Assembly (NCBI GenBank): GCA_046293555.1
Contig: JBKBOT010000002.1
Location: 39,608 to 103,607 of the forward strand
Source of the DNA: Pyrobaculum sp.
Lineage (GTDB): Archaea > Thermoproteota > Thermoprotei > Thermoproteales > Thermoproteaceae
Length of the DNA stretch: 64,000 nucleotides
Reading direction: 5' to 3'
Numbering within the stretch: the stretch's first letter is position 1; each line of letters starts with the position of its first letter. A program made the translations under genes and the position numbers. This document shows positions 38,437 to 48,114 of this stretch, in pieces. The notes beneath the pieces are model-generated. The model was not told the DNA's origin and did no database searches. It saw nothing but the letters and a program-made list of their open reading frames with translations.

Positions 38437-38437
38437 G

Positions 38438-39304
38438 TTATAACAACTCGTAGCGGCCGTCGGGATACACCCTGGCGCCCGCCCGCCTGGTTGCCCAACA
38501 GGAAAACACAATGCCTAGCGAAAATGCGGCCGGGTGTCTATATGCATATTCGATATGTACGTCAAGCGCGGTGAACCTGCCCCCCACCCCATGTGTCCCT
38601 ATGCCCAAGGCGTTTATTGCTTTTAACAACTTTTCCTCTATTTCCGCAATTTCTGGCTCTGGGTGTCTAGAGCCCACAGGCCTTAAAACCGCCGCCTTTT
38701 TGGCAAGTCTGGCGGCTATATCTACAGAAGGCCCGACGCCAATCCCCACGACCACTGGAGGACAGGGCATGGGCCCCGCCTCCACCACAGCCTCTAGCAC
38801 CAATCTGGGCATTTCCCTCATGGCGACGCCAGGCGGTAGAGTGAAGACACGGCTGGGGAGCTCGGTGCCGCCCCCCTTTGGGATATAGTAAAACTCTAGG
38901 TAATCCCCGTCAAATAGCTCTACGTCAAACCACGGGGCCCCGGCTCCGGTGTTATCGCCAGGGTTTTTCTCGTGGAATGGATGTACCGTGTTTGGCCTGA
39001 GGGGTAACTCTTGCGTCACCTCGCGGACGGCTCTAGTCAAAATGTCGTAAATTTTGCTTCTAACTGGAAACCCGTCGCCTATCTTTAGGTAAAAGTTGGG
39101 GAAGCCTGTGTCTTGACATACCGCGGCTTTCTCCCCGGCGGCTAGCTCTATGTTTTTTAGTATTGCCTCGAGCTGTATTTTCGCAGCCTCGCTGTCTTCA
39201 ATCATGTGGGCCCTCTTTAGAGAGCTAGTTATGTCAAACGCCGGGGAGATGCTGGCGCGGATCACAGCCTCTTTGGCGGCCTTAAGTAAAATCTCTTCAA
39301 GCAT
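38438..39304 (-). CDS. Class I fumarate hydratase / tartrate dehydratase alpha subunit
   Basis: CQDTG, PLRPN, NTG, KGGGTE, PCPP, CWATR; probable ATG 39304. Confidence 0.92.
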   Translation of the reverse strand: MLEEILLKAAKEAVIRASISPAFDITSSLKRAHMIEDSEAAKIQLEAILKNIELAAGEKAAVCQDTGFPNFYLKIGDGFPVRSKIYDILTRAVREVTQELPLRPNTVHPFHEKNPGDNTGAGAPWFDVELFDGDYLEFYYIPKGGGTELPSRVFTLPPGVAMREMPRLVLEAVVEAGPMPCPPVVVGIGVGPSVDIAARLAKKAAVLRPVGSRHPEPEIAEIEEKLLKAINALGIGTHGVGGRFTALDVHIEYAYRHPAAFSLGIVFSCWATRRAGARVYPDGRYELL

Positions 39305-39347
39305 GTCCCATCCCCAAATGTAATTAATATATTTTCTAATTGATACT

Positions 39348-39917
39348 ATGCCCATATACCATCTAAAAACCCCCCTCTCGAAAGAAGACGTGGAGCCCCT
39401 CCGCGTGGGCGACACGCTTTATATATCCGGGATAGTAGTTGCGGCTAGAGACTCGGCGCATAGACGCATGCTCGAACTAGGGCCTCCTATAGATCTCAAA
39501 GGCGGCGTTATATATCACGCAGGGCCTGTGGCCAGAAGGGAGCCGGCTGGCTGGGAGATTATAAGCATGGGGCCTACCACAAGCGCCAGGATGGAAGCCT
39601 TCCAGGCTGAAGTTATTGAGAGATTTGGCGTAAGGCTTGTGGTGGGGAAGGGCGGCATGGGGAAAAAGACGGCAGAGGCGATGAAGAGACATGTGGCCGC
39701 CTACGCCATATTTACGGGGGGAGCTGGAGTTCTGGCGGCTAAGGCCATCAGGAGGGTAGTTGACGTATACTGGCTAGACTTAGGGATGGCGGAAGCCATG
39801 TGGGTTCTAGAAGTGGAGAACTTCGGCCCCCTTACGGTGATGATTGACCCCACTGGGAGAAATTACTACGAGGAGGCCAGGGAGGAGGCCAGGAGGAGGA
39901 TTTCAGAAATCCTCTAA
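39348..39917 (+). CDS. Class I fumarate hydratase / tartrate dehydratase beta subunit
   Basis: ARDSAH, YHAGP, GPTTSARM, GKGGM, LGMAEA. Confidence 0.92.
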   Translation: MPIYHLKTPLSKEDVEPLRVGDTLYISGIVVAARDSAHRRMLELGPPIDLKGGVIYHAGPVARREPAGWEIISMGPTTSARMEAFQAEVIERFGVRLVVGKGGMGKKTAEAMKRHVAAYAIFTGGAGVLAAKAIRRVVDVYWLDLGMAEAMWVLEVENFGPLTVMIDPTGRNYYEEAREEARRRISEIL

Positions 39918-42631
39918 TGGTTTTTTATCAGCTCCACCCCCAGCTCCAAGAGGCCCTAAAGAGGCTTGGCTACGAGAGGCCCACCCCGGCGCAGACATAT
40001 GGAATTCCCAAAATACTTGAGGGACGACACGTCTTGTTAATCGCGCCGACGGGGTTCGGCAAGACGGAGGCAGCTTTTTTCCCAATAATTTCAAAGATCT
40101 TGGAGGGGGGTCGGGGCGGGGTTAAATGTCTATACATCACGCCACTTAGGTCGTTAAATCGGGATCTGTTAAGAAGGCTATACGCACTGGCTGATCTCCT
40201 CAATTTGTCTATAGCCGTAAGACATGGGGATACCCCAGAGGGCGAGAGGAGGCAGTTGGCCCGAAGGCCTCCAGACGTCTTGATAACAACGCCGGAGTCG
40301 CTCCAGATATTACTACTCCACAGGGGAGTTAGACGTGGTTTAAAAGAGGTGAGACACGTGGTGATAGACGAGATACACGAGCTTGTGGGGAGCAAGAGGG
40401 GCGTCCAGCTGTCTGTAGGGCTCGAGAGACTTGTGGAACTCGCCGGGGAGTTCCAAAGGGTGGGCCTCTCCGCCACAGTGGGGGCCCCCAGACTTGTGGC
40501 AGAATTTCTTGGTGGCAACAGGCCGGTAGAGGTGGTAGACGTCTCTGGAGAAAAAGATTTCCAGATAGAGGCGGTATTGCCGAGCCCCACCGACGAGGAC
40601 TATATAGATGCAGAAAGATACGACGCCACGCCGGAGGCTGTAGCTAGGATAAAAAAAGTGGCGGAATGCATCTCGGCAAATAGAAAGACGTTGGTGTTTG
40701 TAAATACTAGAGACGGCGCGGAGTTTTTAGCCTCCAGGCTTAAACAGATGCTGGGCGACGTGGTTGAGGTACATCACTCCTCTCTCTCGAGAGAACATAG
40801 GATAGCAGTAGAGAGACGTCTTAAAGACGGGGAGCTTAAAGCGGTGGTGGCTACCTCCAGCCTTGAGCTGGGGATAGACATAGGGGATGTGGATTTAGTT
40901 ATTCAATACGGCTCGCCACGGCAGGTAATGAGGCTTATCCAGAGGGTGGGGAGAAGTGGCCACAAACTCGGGCTTGTGTCTAGAGGGGTTGTGGTGTCTA
41001 TAGACATGGAGGACTACCTAGAGTCCACAATAATAGCGGAGAGGGCAGTTGACAGACGTGTTGAAGAAGAGGTAGAGTACCACGAGAGCTCTCTGGATGT
41101 GCTCTTACATCAGGTAGTTGGGATCACATTAGAGGCGAGGTTGGACAGTAGGGAAATTGACGTGAATTACGTGGCGAGAATTGTCAAAAGGGCCCACCCA
41201 TACAGGGGTTTAACCATAGAGGACTTAAAGCTAGTGCTGGATTTTGCGGAACGTCACGGGCTGCTAAAGGGGTTGAGGCCTAGGAGGGGCAGCATAAGAT
41301 ACTACTTTGAGAACGTATCCACCATCCCGGACGAGAAGAGCTATAAGACGGTAGATATCACTACAAACAAGACCGTGGGGGAGTTAGATCAGGAGTTTGT
41401 ATATTCTCTCGAGCCGGGCGCTAAGATTATCCTCTCCGGCAGGGTGTGGGCCTTCTCTAGGGAGGAGGGAGACGTGGTGTATCTATACCCAGAATATGAC
41501 ACCACGGGTGCCCTACCCGCTTGGCTTGGAGAACAGATACCGGTACCATACGAAATCGCGCAGGAGGTGTGTAGAAAACGTGTGGAGTTTCTCCAAGGCG
41601 GCAAGTGGGAGGAGGAGATCCCCCCAGACCTGGTGCCAACCCCCGATAGGCTACATGTACACATAGTGGAGAACAAACATGTGGTAATACATAGCTGTCT
41701 TGGCTCTAAGGGAAATGAGACACTTGGGCTGTATCTATCTCACGCCCTTTCGGGCTATGTGGGGCCTGTAGGCTATAGGTCAGATGCCTATCGAGTCCTC
41801 CTGACTTTTAGAGAATACATCCCCCTCAGGTCCCTCTTTGAGGTTTTGGAGAGACCAGAAGACTTTATTTATAAGACGTTAAGAAACGCCGTTAAAAGCT
41901 CTAAGATGTTCCGATATCGATTTATACAAGTAGCCAAGAGGACAGGCATCATATCTAGAGATGCCGAAGAAATTCCACACAAACTTGTAGACATATATCT
42001 AGATGATCTCCCTGGCATTGAAACTATTAACGAGATTTTTGTAGAGAGATTAGATCTCAAATCCTTTTTCAGACTGTTGGCAAAGATAAAAAACAGAGAA
42101 ATAGAGGTGGTGGTAAAGAGGCTGCCTAAAGCCACAGCCCTAGAGAGGCCCATATTAGAGGAGGCACTTAGGCTTGACTTCTCGTTTAGAGGTCTCTCTA
42201 GAGAGGCGGTAATAGATATGACTAGACGAAGGATATTAAACAAGATTGTGACACTTCTATGTCTAAACTGCGGCTGGCACCTTACAGCTAGAGCTGGCAT
42301 GTTGTCAGAAGAGCCGTCATGTCAAAACTGCGGAAGGCGGGTACTAGCTGTAGTAAAAGGAGACGTCACCAAGGCGAAAAACGTGTTAAATAAGTTCAAG
42401 ATCAGACAGAGGTTAACCCCAGAGGAGAGGAAGTTACTAGAAAACTTACAACAAAGCGCCGCCATAGTTTTGGAGCATGGCAAACTTGGGGTTGTGGCCC
42501 AGATGGCCCACGGCGTGGGCCCCAAAACGGCGGTGAGAATCTTAAATAGGGTGGTAAATAGTGGCGACTTATGGGCCGCGATTATGGAGGCAGAGAGGCA
42601 ATATGCCTCTACGAGGGCGTTTTGGGATTAG
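39917..42631 (+). CDS. lhr: Lhr-family DEAH helicase
   Basis: APTGFGKT, TTPESL, DEIH, GLSAT, HHSSLS, SSLELGIDIG, QRVGRSGH; C-terminal CxxC..CxxC. Confidence 0.93.
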   Translation: MVFYQLHPQLQEALKRLGYERPTPAQTYGIPKILEGRHVLLIAPTGFGKTEAAFFPIISKILEGGRGGVKCLYITPLRSLNRDLLRRLYALADLLNLSIAVRHGDTPEGERRQLARRPPDVLITTPESLQILLLHRGVRRGLKEVRHVVIDEIHELVGSKRGVQLSVGLERLVELAGEFQRVGLSATVGAPRLVAEFLGGNRPVEVVDVSGEKDFQIEAVLPSPTDEDYIDAERYDATPEAVARIKKVAECISANRKTLVFVNTRDGAEFLASRLKQMLGDVVEVHHSSLSREHRIAVERRLKDGELKAVVATSSLELGIDIGDVDLVIQYGSPRQVMRLIQRVGRSGHKLGLVSRGVVVSIDMEDYLESTIIAERAVDRRVEEEVEYHESSLDVLLHQVVGITLEARLDSREIDVNYVARIVKRAHPYRGLTIEDLKLVLDFAERHGLLKGLRPRRGSIRYYFENVSTIPDEKSYKTVDITTNKTVGELDQEFVYSLEPGAKIILSGRVWAFSREEGDVVYLYPEYDTTGALPAWLGEQIPVPYEIAQEVCRKRVEFLQGGKWEEEIPPDLVPTPDRLHVHIVENKHVVIHSCLGSKGNETLGLYLSHALSGYVGPVGYRSDAYRVLLTFREYIPLRSLFEVLERPEDFIYKTLRNAVKSSKMFRYRFIQVAKRTGIISRDAEEIPHKLVDIYLDDLPGIETINEIFVERLDLKSFFRLLAKIKNREIEVVVKRLPKATALERPILEEALRLDFSFRGLSREAVIDMTRRRILNKIVTLLCLNCGWHLTARAGMLSEEPSCQNCGRRVLAVVKGDVTKAKNVLNKFKIRQRLTPEERKLLENLQQSAAIVLEHGKLGVVAQMAHGVGPKTAVRILNRVVNSGDLWAAIMEAERQYASTRAFWD

Positions 42632-43059
42632 GCCTCCCCCTTAGACTTTAGAAACTCCTCAAAGAGCCTTTTTGCCCTCTCGGCTAACGGCCCCACGCCC
42701 TCCACCCCAATTTCGCTTACACGTACCTTGTCGCCAATCATCACGACGTTTGTCTCCTCTATATACCGCACCATGCCGGGAAACATCTTTTCTACATATT
42801 TTGCAAATTCTCTTAAATCTATACGTTTTTCAATACTATCTATATGTATTATATATCTATACATTATAAATGTTCTAATATATTTTTCACCAGTTTTACT
42901 TACAGCGTTAGCCAGAACTATATTTAGCTGGCTGTCTACCGCGTGTAGAACGCCTCTATAAACCTCGCCGTTGGCCAACGTGACTTGTACCTCTCTCCCA
43001 ATGAGGTTGTTAAGCTCAGCCACAAAACGCTTGCTTGATTCCGCAAGTGTTGAGGCCAT
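42628..43059 (-). CDS. Sm-like archaeal protein SmAP3
   Basis: Sm1 (V.V.L.NG..Y.G.L...D..LNIVL) and Sm2 motifs plus an extra C-terminal domain. Confidence 0.9.
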   Translation of the reverse strand: MASTLAESSKRFVAELNNLIGREVQVTLANGEVYRGVLHAVDSQLNIVLANAVSKTGEKYIRTFIMYRYIIHIDSIEKRIDLREFAKYVEKMFPGMVRYIEETNVVMIGDKVRVSEIGVEGVGPLAERAKRLFEEFLKSKGEA

Positions 43060-43089
43060 GGCAGTAAGCCAACTCGAGATATAAAAGTT

Positions 43090-43404
43090 TTAGAGAAGGC
43101 CGATGTACACCTTCTCCCCCGTTCTGAAGGGCAGCTCTTTTTTTATATCTAGCTGCAAGCCGCCAATAGATATTCGCGTCACGCCGTCGCCCACATGGTA
43201 GACAATTCCCCACATGTAGGCTTTGTAGTTTTTGTAATTCTCTTCCCTTTCTTGAGACAAGACTAACTTAACTCTCTCGCCTTCTTTCAACAAGAGGCCC
43301 AGCCTATCTAGCGGTAGTTCTAATACTATCTCCACGTCGCCTCTAAAAGTTATCACGTTGGGTGAGTCGTCGCTTATTTGAGTTACCACAAGCCTAAACT
43401 CCAT
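43090..43404 (-). CDS. rpo8: RNA polymerase subunit Rpo8 (RpoG)
   Basis: OB-fold with YMWGIVY and ISIGGL motifs; probable ATG 43404. Confidence 0.78.
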   Translation of the reverse strand: MEFRLVVTQISDDSPNVITFRGDVEIVLELPLDRLGLLLKEGERVKLVLSQEREENYKNYKAYMWGIVYHVGDGVTRISIGGLQLDIKKELPFRTGEKVYIGLL

Positions 43405-43509
43405 ATGCCCCCCCAGGCGGCTGTATAAAAACATTAATTTTCACACATCTCTCAGTGTACCTCAAATTAAGTAAAGTATTAATTTTAAATTAGTAAAATT
43501 GCGTGGATT

Positions 43510-43965
43510 ATGAACTGTCCATATTGTAAGTCAGACAGGATAGTGTTGATACATGGAGAGTACGTCTGTACAAGCTGCGGCACCGTAGTTGGCTACGAGA
43601 TGGTAGCCCCCAGGACGACCTACGAGACGCCAATTAGGCGGGAAAAAAAGATAGCGCTCTTCCTCTCTAGAGAAACTAAAACATCAATAAGGCGGAAATA
43701 TAGCGAATTAGTAAAACTATACATCGAGAAGACCTGTAGAGAAATTAAGAGAGAAGATATTACACAAGAGGCTTGCAAACTATTTACAGAACTAGACAAG
43801 AGGATATGGCAGGGCAAAAACCCAAGAGTGGTGGCAGCAGCATTAGTATATCTCGCCGCAGAGAGAAGACAGCTATACCTCCATAAGCAAAAAATTGCAA
43901 AAATATTAAATATAAGTAAATATACAATTAGAGATACAGTTTCTAAAATAAGAAAATATGTATAA
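43510..43965 (+). CDS. Truncated TFB paralogue (Zn ribbon + single cyclin repeat)
   Basis: CPYC..GEYVCTSCGTV; GKNPRVVAAALVYLAA and HTH IAKILNISKYTIR. Confidence 0.85.
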   Translation: MNCPYCKSDRIVLIHGEYVCTSCGTVVGYEMVAPRTTYETPIRREKKIALFLSRETKTSIRRKYSELVKLYIEKTCREIKREDITQEACKLFTELDKRIWQGKNPRVVAAALVYLAAERRQLYLHKQKIAKILNISKYTIRDTVSKIRKYV

Positions 43966-44977
43966 AGTATTAAACAAGATATTAGAATGTATAGAGTGTA
44001 AGTATGGGTGCAGAGAAAAGGGGCTCTGCAATTTTAACGAATTTGAGCTCAAGACAGCCCTTGCGCTAGCTTCAAGAATTTTTAAAAGGACTATTGACGA
44101 AACTCTTGCGGTTAGATATGAGTTTTTTAAAAAAGTCAACAGCGACATGGCTCTAGAGGCCACGTTGGCCACTATAGGTCTAGAAGTACTGACGCCCTAT
44201 GTTCAAAACCCCTCTGTAGAAGACCTCTTGTTAATTCCCGGACGCCCTATCTATATAACGAAAAGGGGGGTCAAGCAGAAGACTAAAACTCTGGCCGACA
44301 TCTATCACCTCAATCAGCTACTCACGTTAGCCCATTTAAAACGTGTAGAGCTCACCACGGCGACGCCGTCATTTAGGTTTGGGATAAGACTAGGCCCCAT
44401 GAGGTTGAGGATATCAATAGATATACCCCCCATAGTGCCACTGCCCCAAGCCTATATAAGGATCCACAGACGGAAGATAACTATACGCCAACTGTTAGAC
44501 GACAGATTTATATCTCCAAACCAGCTCGCCGCGCTATATGGCGCAATTAAAGAAAAAAGACACATAATAGCCACGGGGCCTCCTGGCTCTGGAAAAACCA
44601 CGTTGTTAGTGGCACTAGACGACTTAATTCCCCCACACATGCAGAGAGTATACATAGACGAAGCCGACGAGTTTGAAGAAGAGCCAGACAAAAACCAGAT
44701 CAAGATAAGAAATGTCAACAAGACCAGAGAGATCTATGCCTCCTTAAATAGAAACATAGATGTGATCTTCATTGGGGAACTTCAATATGAGGAACACTTC
44801 CACGCCTTCAAGACCGCGGTGGAGATTGGCGTACAGACGCTGGCAACTATGCATTCTGCAGATATGGAAGACGCCATAAAGAGACTAGCAAAGTACGTCG
44901 AGTTAAAAAACGTAGCTATCATCCAGCTAGTAAAAGAGGGGGGCAGGAGAAATGTGGCAGAGATTTATGTTAAGTGA
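43958..44977 (+). CDS. VirB11/TadA-type secretion ATPase
   Basis: YIRIHR, GPPGSGKTT, Asp box IDEADE, FIGEL, ATMHS. Confidence 0.88.
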   Translation: MYKVLNKILECIECKYGCREKGLCNFNEFELKTALALASRIFKRTIDETLAVRYEFFKKVNSDMALEATLATIGLEVLTPYVQNPSVEDLLLIPGRPIYITKRGVKQKTKTLADIYHLNQLLTLAHLKRVELTTATPSFRFGIRLGPMRLRISIDIPPIVPLPQAYIRIHRRKITIRQLLDDRFISPNQLAALYGAIKEKRHIIATGPPGSGKTTLLVALDDLIPPHMQRVYIDEADEFEEEPDKNQIKIRNVNKTREIYASLNRNIDVIFIGELQYEEHFHAFKTAVEIGVQTLATMHSADMEDAIKRLAKYVELKNVAIIQLVKEGGRRNVAEIYVK

Positions 44978-45497
44978 CTACATCCTATATAAAATACAGA
45001 CACTACAAGAAAGGACATACAACAAATTGGTGTTAATACTGGCATCTACATCTATGGCTGGCGTCATGGCCAGCGGCTTGGCGCTAATCTTTGTCCCCCC
45101 TCTAAAATACGTCGCGCTGACAATCATAATAGCTGGAATAGTTATAGCCAGAAAAACTCTACAAAAGACAGAACTAAAGATCAGAAAGCTACTTGCGGCA
45201 CCAGAAAGAGAGATAGAAGTGTCAAAATACCTAGCCGCCATGAAAGAACTCTACATCCCAGACTACCTAACCCCCCTATCCACAAGCCCCAAAATAGAAG
45301 ACCCGTTAGTCAGAAGTGAAAAAAAGCCACTGGAAGCCTCTAGACATTTATTGAAGACTAGAGTTATGACGTTAAAGACCAGGGCTAAGATTGTCACCAC
45401 GGCCTCCATTATGGCTGTAGTGATGCCACATCTATTGATAGAAAAAGACCTGTTTTTAGCTCTGGTCGGAATAATTTTGGTACTTAAAAAAATTTAG
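44952..45497 (+). CDS. Membrane protein, possible TadB/C-like platform protein
   Basis: Hydrophobic segments near both ends; overlaps the ATPase gene. Confidence 0.55.
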   Translation: MWQRFMLSDYILYKIQTLQERTYNKLVLILASTSMAGVMASGLALIFVPPLKYVALTIIIAGIVIARKTLQKTELKIRKLLAAPEREIEVSKYLAAMKELYIPDYLTPLSTSPKIEDPLVRSEKKPLEASRHLLKTRVMTLKTRAKIVTTASIMAVVMPHLLIEKDLFLALVGIILVLKKI

Positions 45498-47137
45498 TCA
45501 AATTCCTCCTTTTTCTCCTCCTTTTTCTCCTCTTTTTCAAGCTTTGAGGCCGCGATAATTTCGTCAATACGTAATATCATGGAGGCTGCCTCCACGGCGA
45601 CCTTCAGGGCGTTTAGCTTTACTGTTAGAGGCTCTATCAGGCCGGTGGCATACATGTCTACCACCTTTCCTTGATACACATCAAGGCCGTGCTTCCAGCC
45701 GTCTGTCTGCTCATGTTTGTGGGTAAGTTCTGTCAATATGTCGATGGGGTCAAGCCCGGCGTTTTCCGCTAGCGCCTTGGGTATCGCCTCGAGAGCTCTG
45801 GCAAAGGCCTCTACGGCATATTGCTCCCTCCCCCCCACCTTTGTGGCAAAGCCCCTAACCGCCTTGGTGGCCTCTATCTCCGCCGCGCCGCCTGCCGGCA
45901 AGACATATGGCTCTTCCACCACGTCGGCTACTACTGAAAGCGCGTCGTCGAGATTGCGCTCAGCCTCGTCGACTAGTCTCTCAAATCCGCCACGGACTAA
46001 TATAGAGACAGCTCTCGGGTTTTTACACTGTTCTACAAATACCATCTTCTCGTCACCCACCCGACGTTCTTCAACCAAGCCGGCGAAGCCCAGGTCTGCC
46101 TCCGTTAAGTCCTCAATGTTTGTTACAAGCCTAGCCCCAGCGGCTCTCACCAGTTTTTCTATGTCGCTTCTCTTCACACGGCGGACTGCCAAAATCCCGG
46201 CCTTGGCTAGGTAATATTGGGCAATGTCGTCAATGCCCTTTGTGGTGAACAACGCCGTGACTCCTAGCGACTTGAGTTTATCCACGTAGTTCTTCAATAT
46301 ACGTTCCTCCTCCTCTAGGAAGGCCCGCATCTGTGTGGGGTCGTTAATTCTGATCTCTGCATCTATCTCCGGCTTCTCTACCTCAAGCGGCGCGTCTAGT
46401 AGGGCAATCTTGGCGTTTACCACCCGTTTTGGCATCGCGGCGTGTACCACCTCCTTGTCTATAACAATGCCGTAAACTAGCTGTGTGTCTAACAACGAGC
46501 CGCCGTGTTTTTTCACAATTTGAATATTGTCAAGATCTACATACCACCTGCCATTTCGTTCTTCAGCTACTTGTAACACCGCCTTTATCGCCAGGTCGGC
46601 AAAATACTCCTTTACTGTCTCAGAAATCTTGCCGCCCATTGCAGTCATGGCGATTTTTCTTAACACGTCTGTGTCAGAACGGCTGACAGGTACGGCCACT
46701 TTTCTTAGATGTTCGATAGCCACATCGAGAGCTTTCTTATATCCAGATACTATCACTGTGGGATGTATGTTTTTCTCTAGCAGCTTCTCCGCCTCTTCTA
46801 ACAACGCCCCGGCGAGCACCACCGCGGTAGTAGTGCCGTCGCCGGCTTCCTCCTCTTGAGATTTTGAGATCTCTACAAGCAGCTTCGCGATGGGGTGTTG
46901 TACGTCCATTTCGTCTAGTATCGTGGCGCCGTCGTTAGTAATCGTTATGTCGCCAAGAGAGTCGATAAGCATTTTGTCCATACCCTTGGGCCCTAAGGTG
47001 GTTCTCATTACTTCTGCTATCGCCCTGGCGATCATTATGTTTAGCCTTAACGCCTCTTTGCCAAAAGCCCTCTGGGTCCCCTCTTTTAGCACAAGTACCG
47101 GCACGCCGCCTATCTGTGTCAACATCGCCTGACTCAT
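45494..47137 (-). CDS. ths: Thermosome (group II chaperonin) subunit
   Basis: TLGPKGMDKML, ITNDGATIL, GDGTTT, GGAAE. Confidence 0.97.
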   Translation of the reverse strand: MSQAMLTQIGGVPVLVLKEGTQRAFGKEALRLNIMIARAIAEVMRTTLGPKGMDKMLIDSLGDITITNDGATILDEMDVQHPIAKLLVEISKSQEEEAGDGTTTAVVLAGALLEEAEKLLEKNIHPTVIVSGYKKALDVAIEHLRKVAVPVSRSDTDVLRKIAMTAMGGKISETVKEYFADLAIKAVLQVAEERNGRWYVDLDNIQIVKKHGGSLLDTQLVYGIVIDKEVVHAAMPKRVVNAKIALLDAPLEVEKPEIDAEIRINDPTQMRAFLEEEERILKNYVDKLKSLGVTALFTTKGIDDIAQYYLAKAGILAVRRVKRSDIEKLVRAAGARLVTNIEDLTEADLGFAGLVEERRVGDEKMVFVEQCKNPRAVSILVRGGFERLVDEAERNLDDALSVVADVVEEPYVLPAGGAAEIEATKAVRGFATKVGGREQYAVEAFARALEAIPKALAENAGLDPIDILTELTHKHEQTDGWKHGLDVYQGKVVDMYATGLIEPLTVKLNALKVAVEAASMILRIDEIIAASKLEKEEKKEEKKEEFD

Positions 47138-47172
47138 GGATTTGACAAAATTCGTGTATATAAAAACTTTTC

Positions 47173-48048
47173 TTAGGCTAATTCTAACGGCCTGGCGAGA
47201 GGCACAACCCCGTCTTCAGACACGTAGACAGTGTCCTCAAACTGCGCGATAAACCCCCCACCTCTCTCTAACAACACGTTATAGCCATAGAGAACTCCCC
47301 CCCTTAAGGCGAGGGCAATTGTGTCATCGCCTATTTGTGGAAACCACCGGGGAGAAAAGGGGAGGGGGCCTGTCTCCGACTTTATCAAATCTATGAGATG
47401 CTGCATGGCTTTATGCCGACTTTTGGCAAGCCTATATATGGTGACGTCCCGGCCATCAATTACATAACCCCCTCCGTTGGTAACAAAAGGCTCCACGGCA
47501 TATACATCCCCTGGAGATAACACCTGCGATGCCGACCTGTCTGGATAGTTGGGAATCACGTGGCCTGCATGTAAGACATACCGCTCGATCTTATGTCCCG
47601 TCAAGTTGTAGACAGGGTTAAAGCCGTAGTTTTTCACAGTGGCCTCAATTACGCCGCCAATTTGCCACCCCCTCACCCCCGGCCTTGCGGTATTTATCGC
47701 AGCCTCTAACGCCGACCTGGCGGCCTTTGTTAAATTGCCGAATAGAGACCCCAACGCCTTGGTAACGGCTGCGTCTACAATATACCCATCTTTATGTGCC
47801 CCAACATCTATTTTAACCACGCCGCTTTTCGGAATTACTAGAATATCTCCACGTTTTGCCGTATAGTGTGCAGCCACATCGTTTATGCCTATATTTACCG
47901 GAAAGGCTGGCTTCATGTCATTAGCGCGGATAAAAGACTCTACTTTCTCACATATCTCCAATAGGGGCCTACCTGGCTCTACTAGATCTACGGCATATTT
48001 TAACGCCTTGTGTACCACATCGCCCACTTGACGTAAGACCTCCAACAC
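47173..48048 (-). CDS. map: Methionine aminopeptidase type II
   Basis: AFPVN, AAHYT, KIDVGAHKDGYIVD, NLTGH, AVEPF, AQFEDT. Confidence 0.95.
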   Translation of the reverse strand: MLEVLRQVGDVVHKALKYAVDLVEPGRPLLEICEKVESFIRANDMKPAFPVNIGINDVAAHYTAKRGDILVIPKSGVVKIDVGAHKDGYIVDAAVTKALGSLFGNLTKAARSALEAAINTARPGVRGWQIGGVIEATVKNYGFNPVYNLTGHKIERYVLHAGHVIPNYPDRSASQVLSPGDVYAVEPFVTNGGGYVIDGRDVTIYRLAKSRHKAMQHLIDLIKSETGPLPFSPRWFPQIGDDTIALALRGGVLYGYNVLLERGGGFIAQFEDTVYVSEDGVVPLARPLELA

Positions 48049-48114
48049 GGCCCCACTATGTGACGGGTTTAAATCTTAAAGTAAAGAATTTTAATGTATC
48101 TTAAAAGACCTCAT

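Noticed and set aside
39870-39900. GGAGGAGGCCAGG-like short tandem repeat
   Set aside because: Simply encodes EEAREEARRR in the hydro-lyase beta subunit
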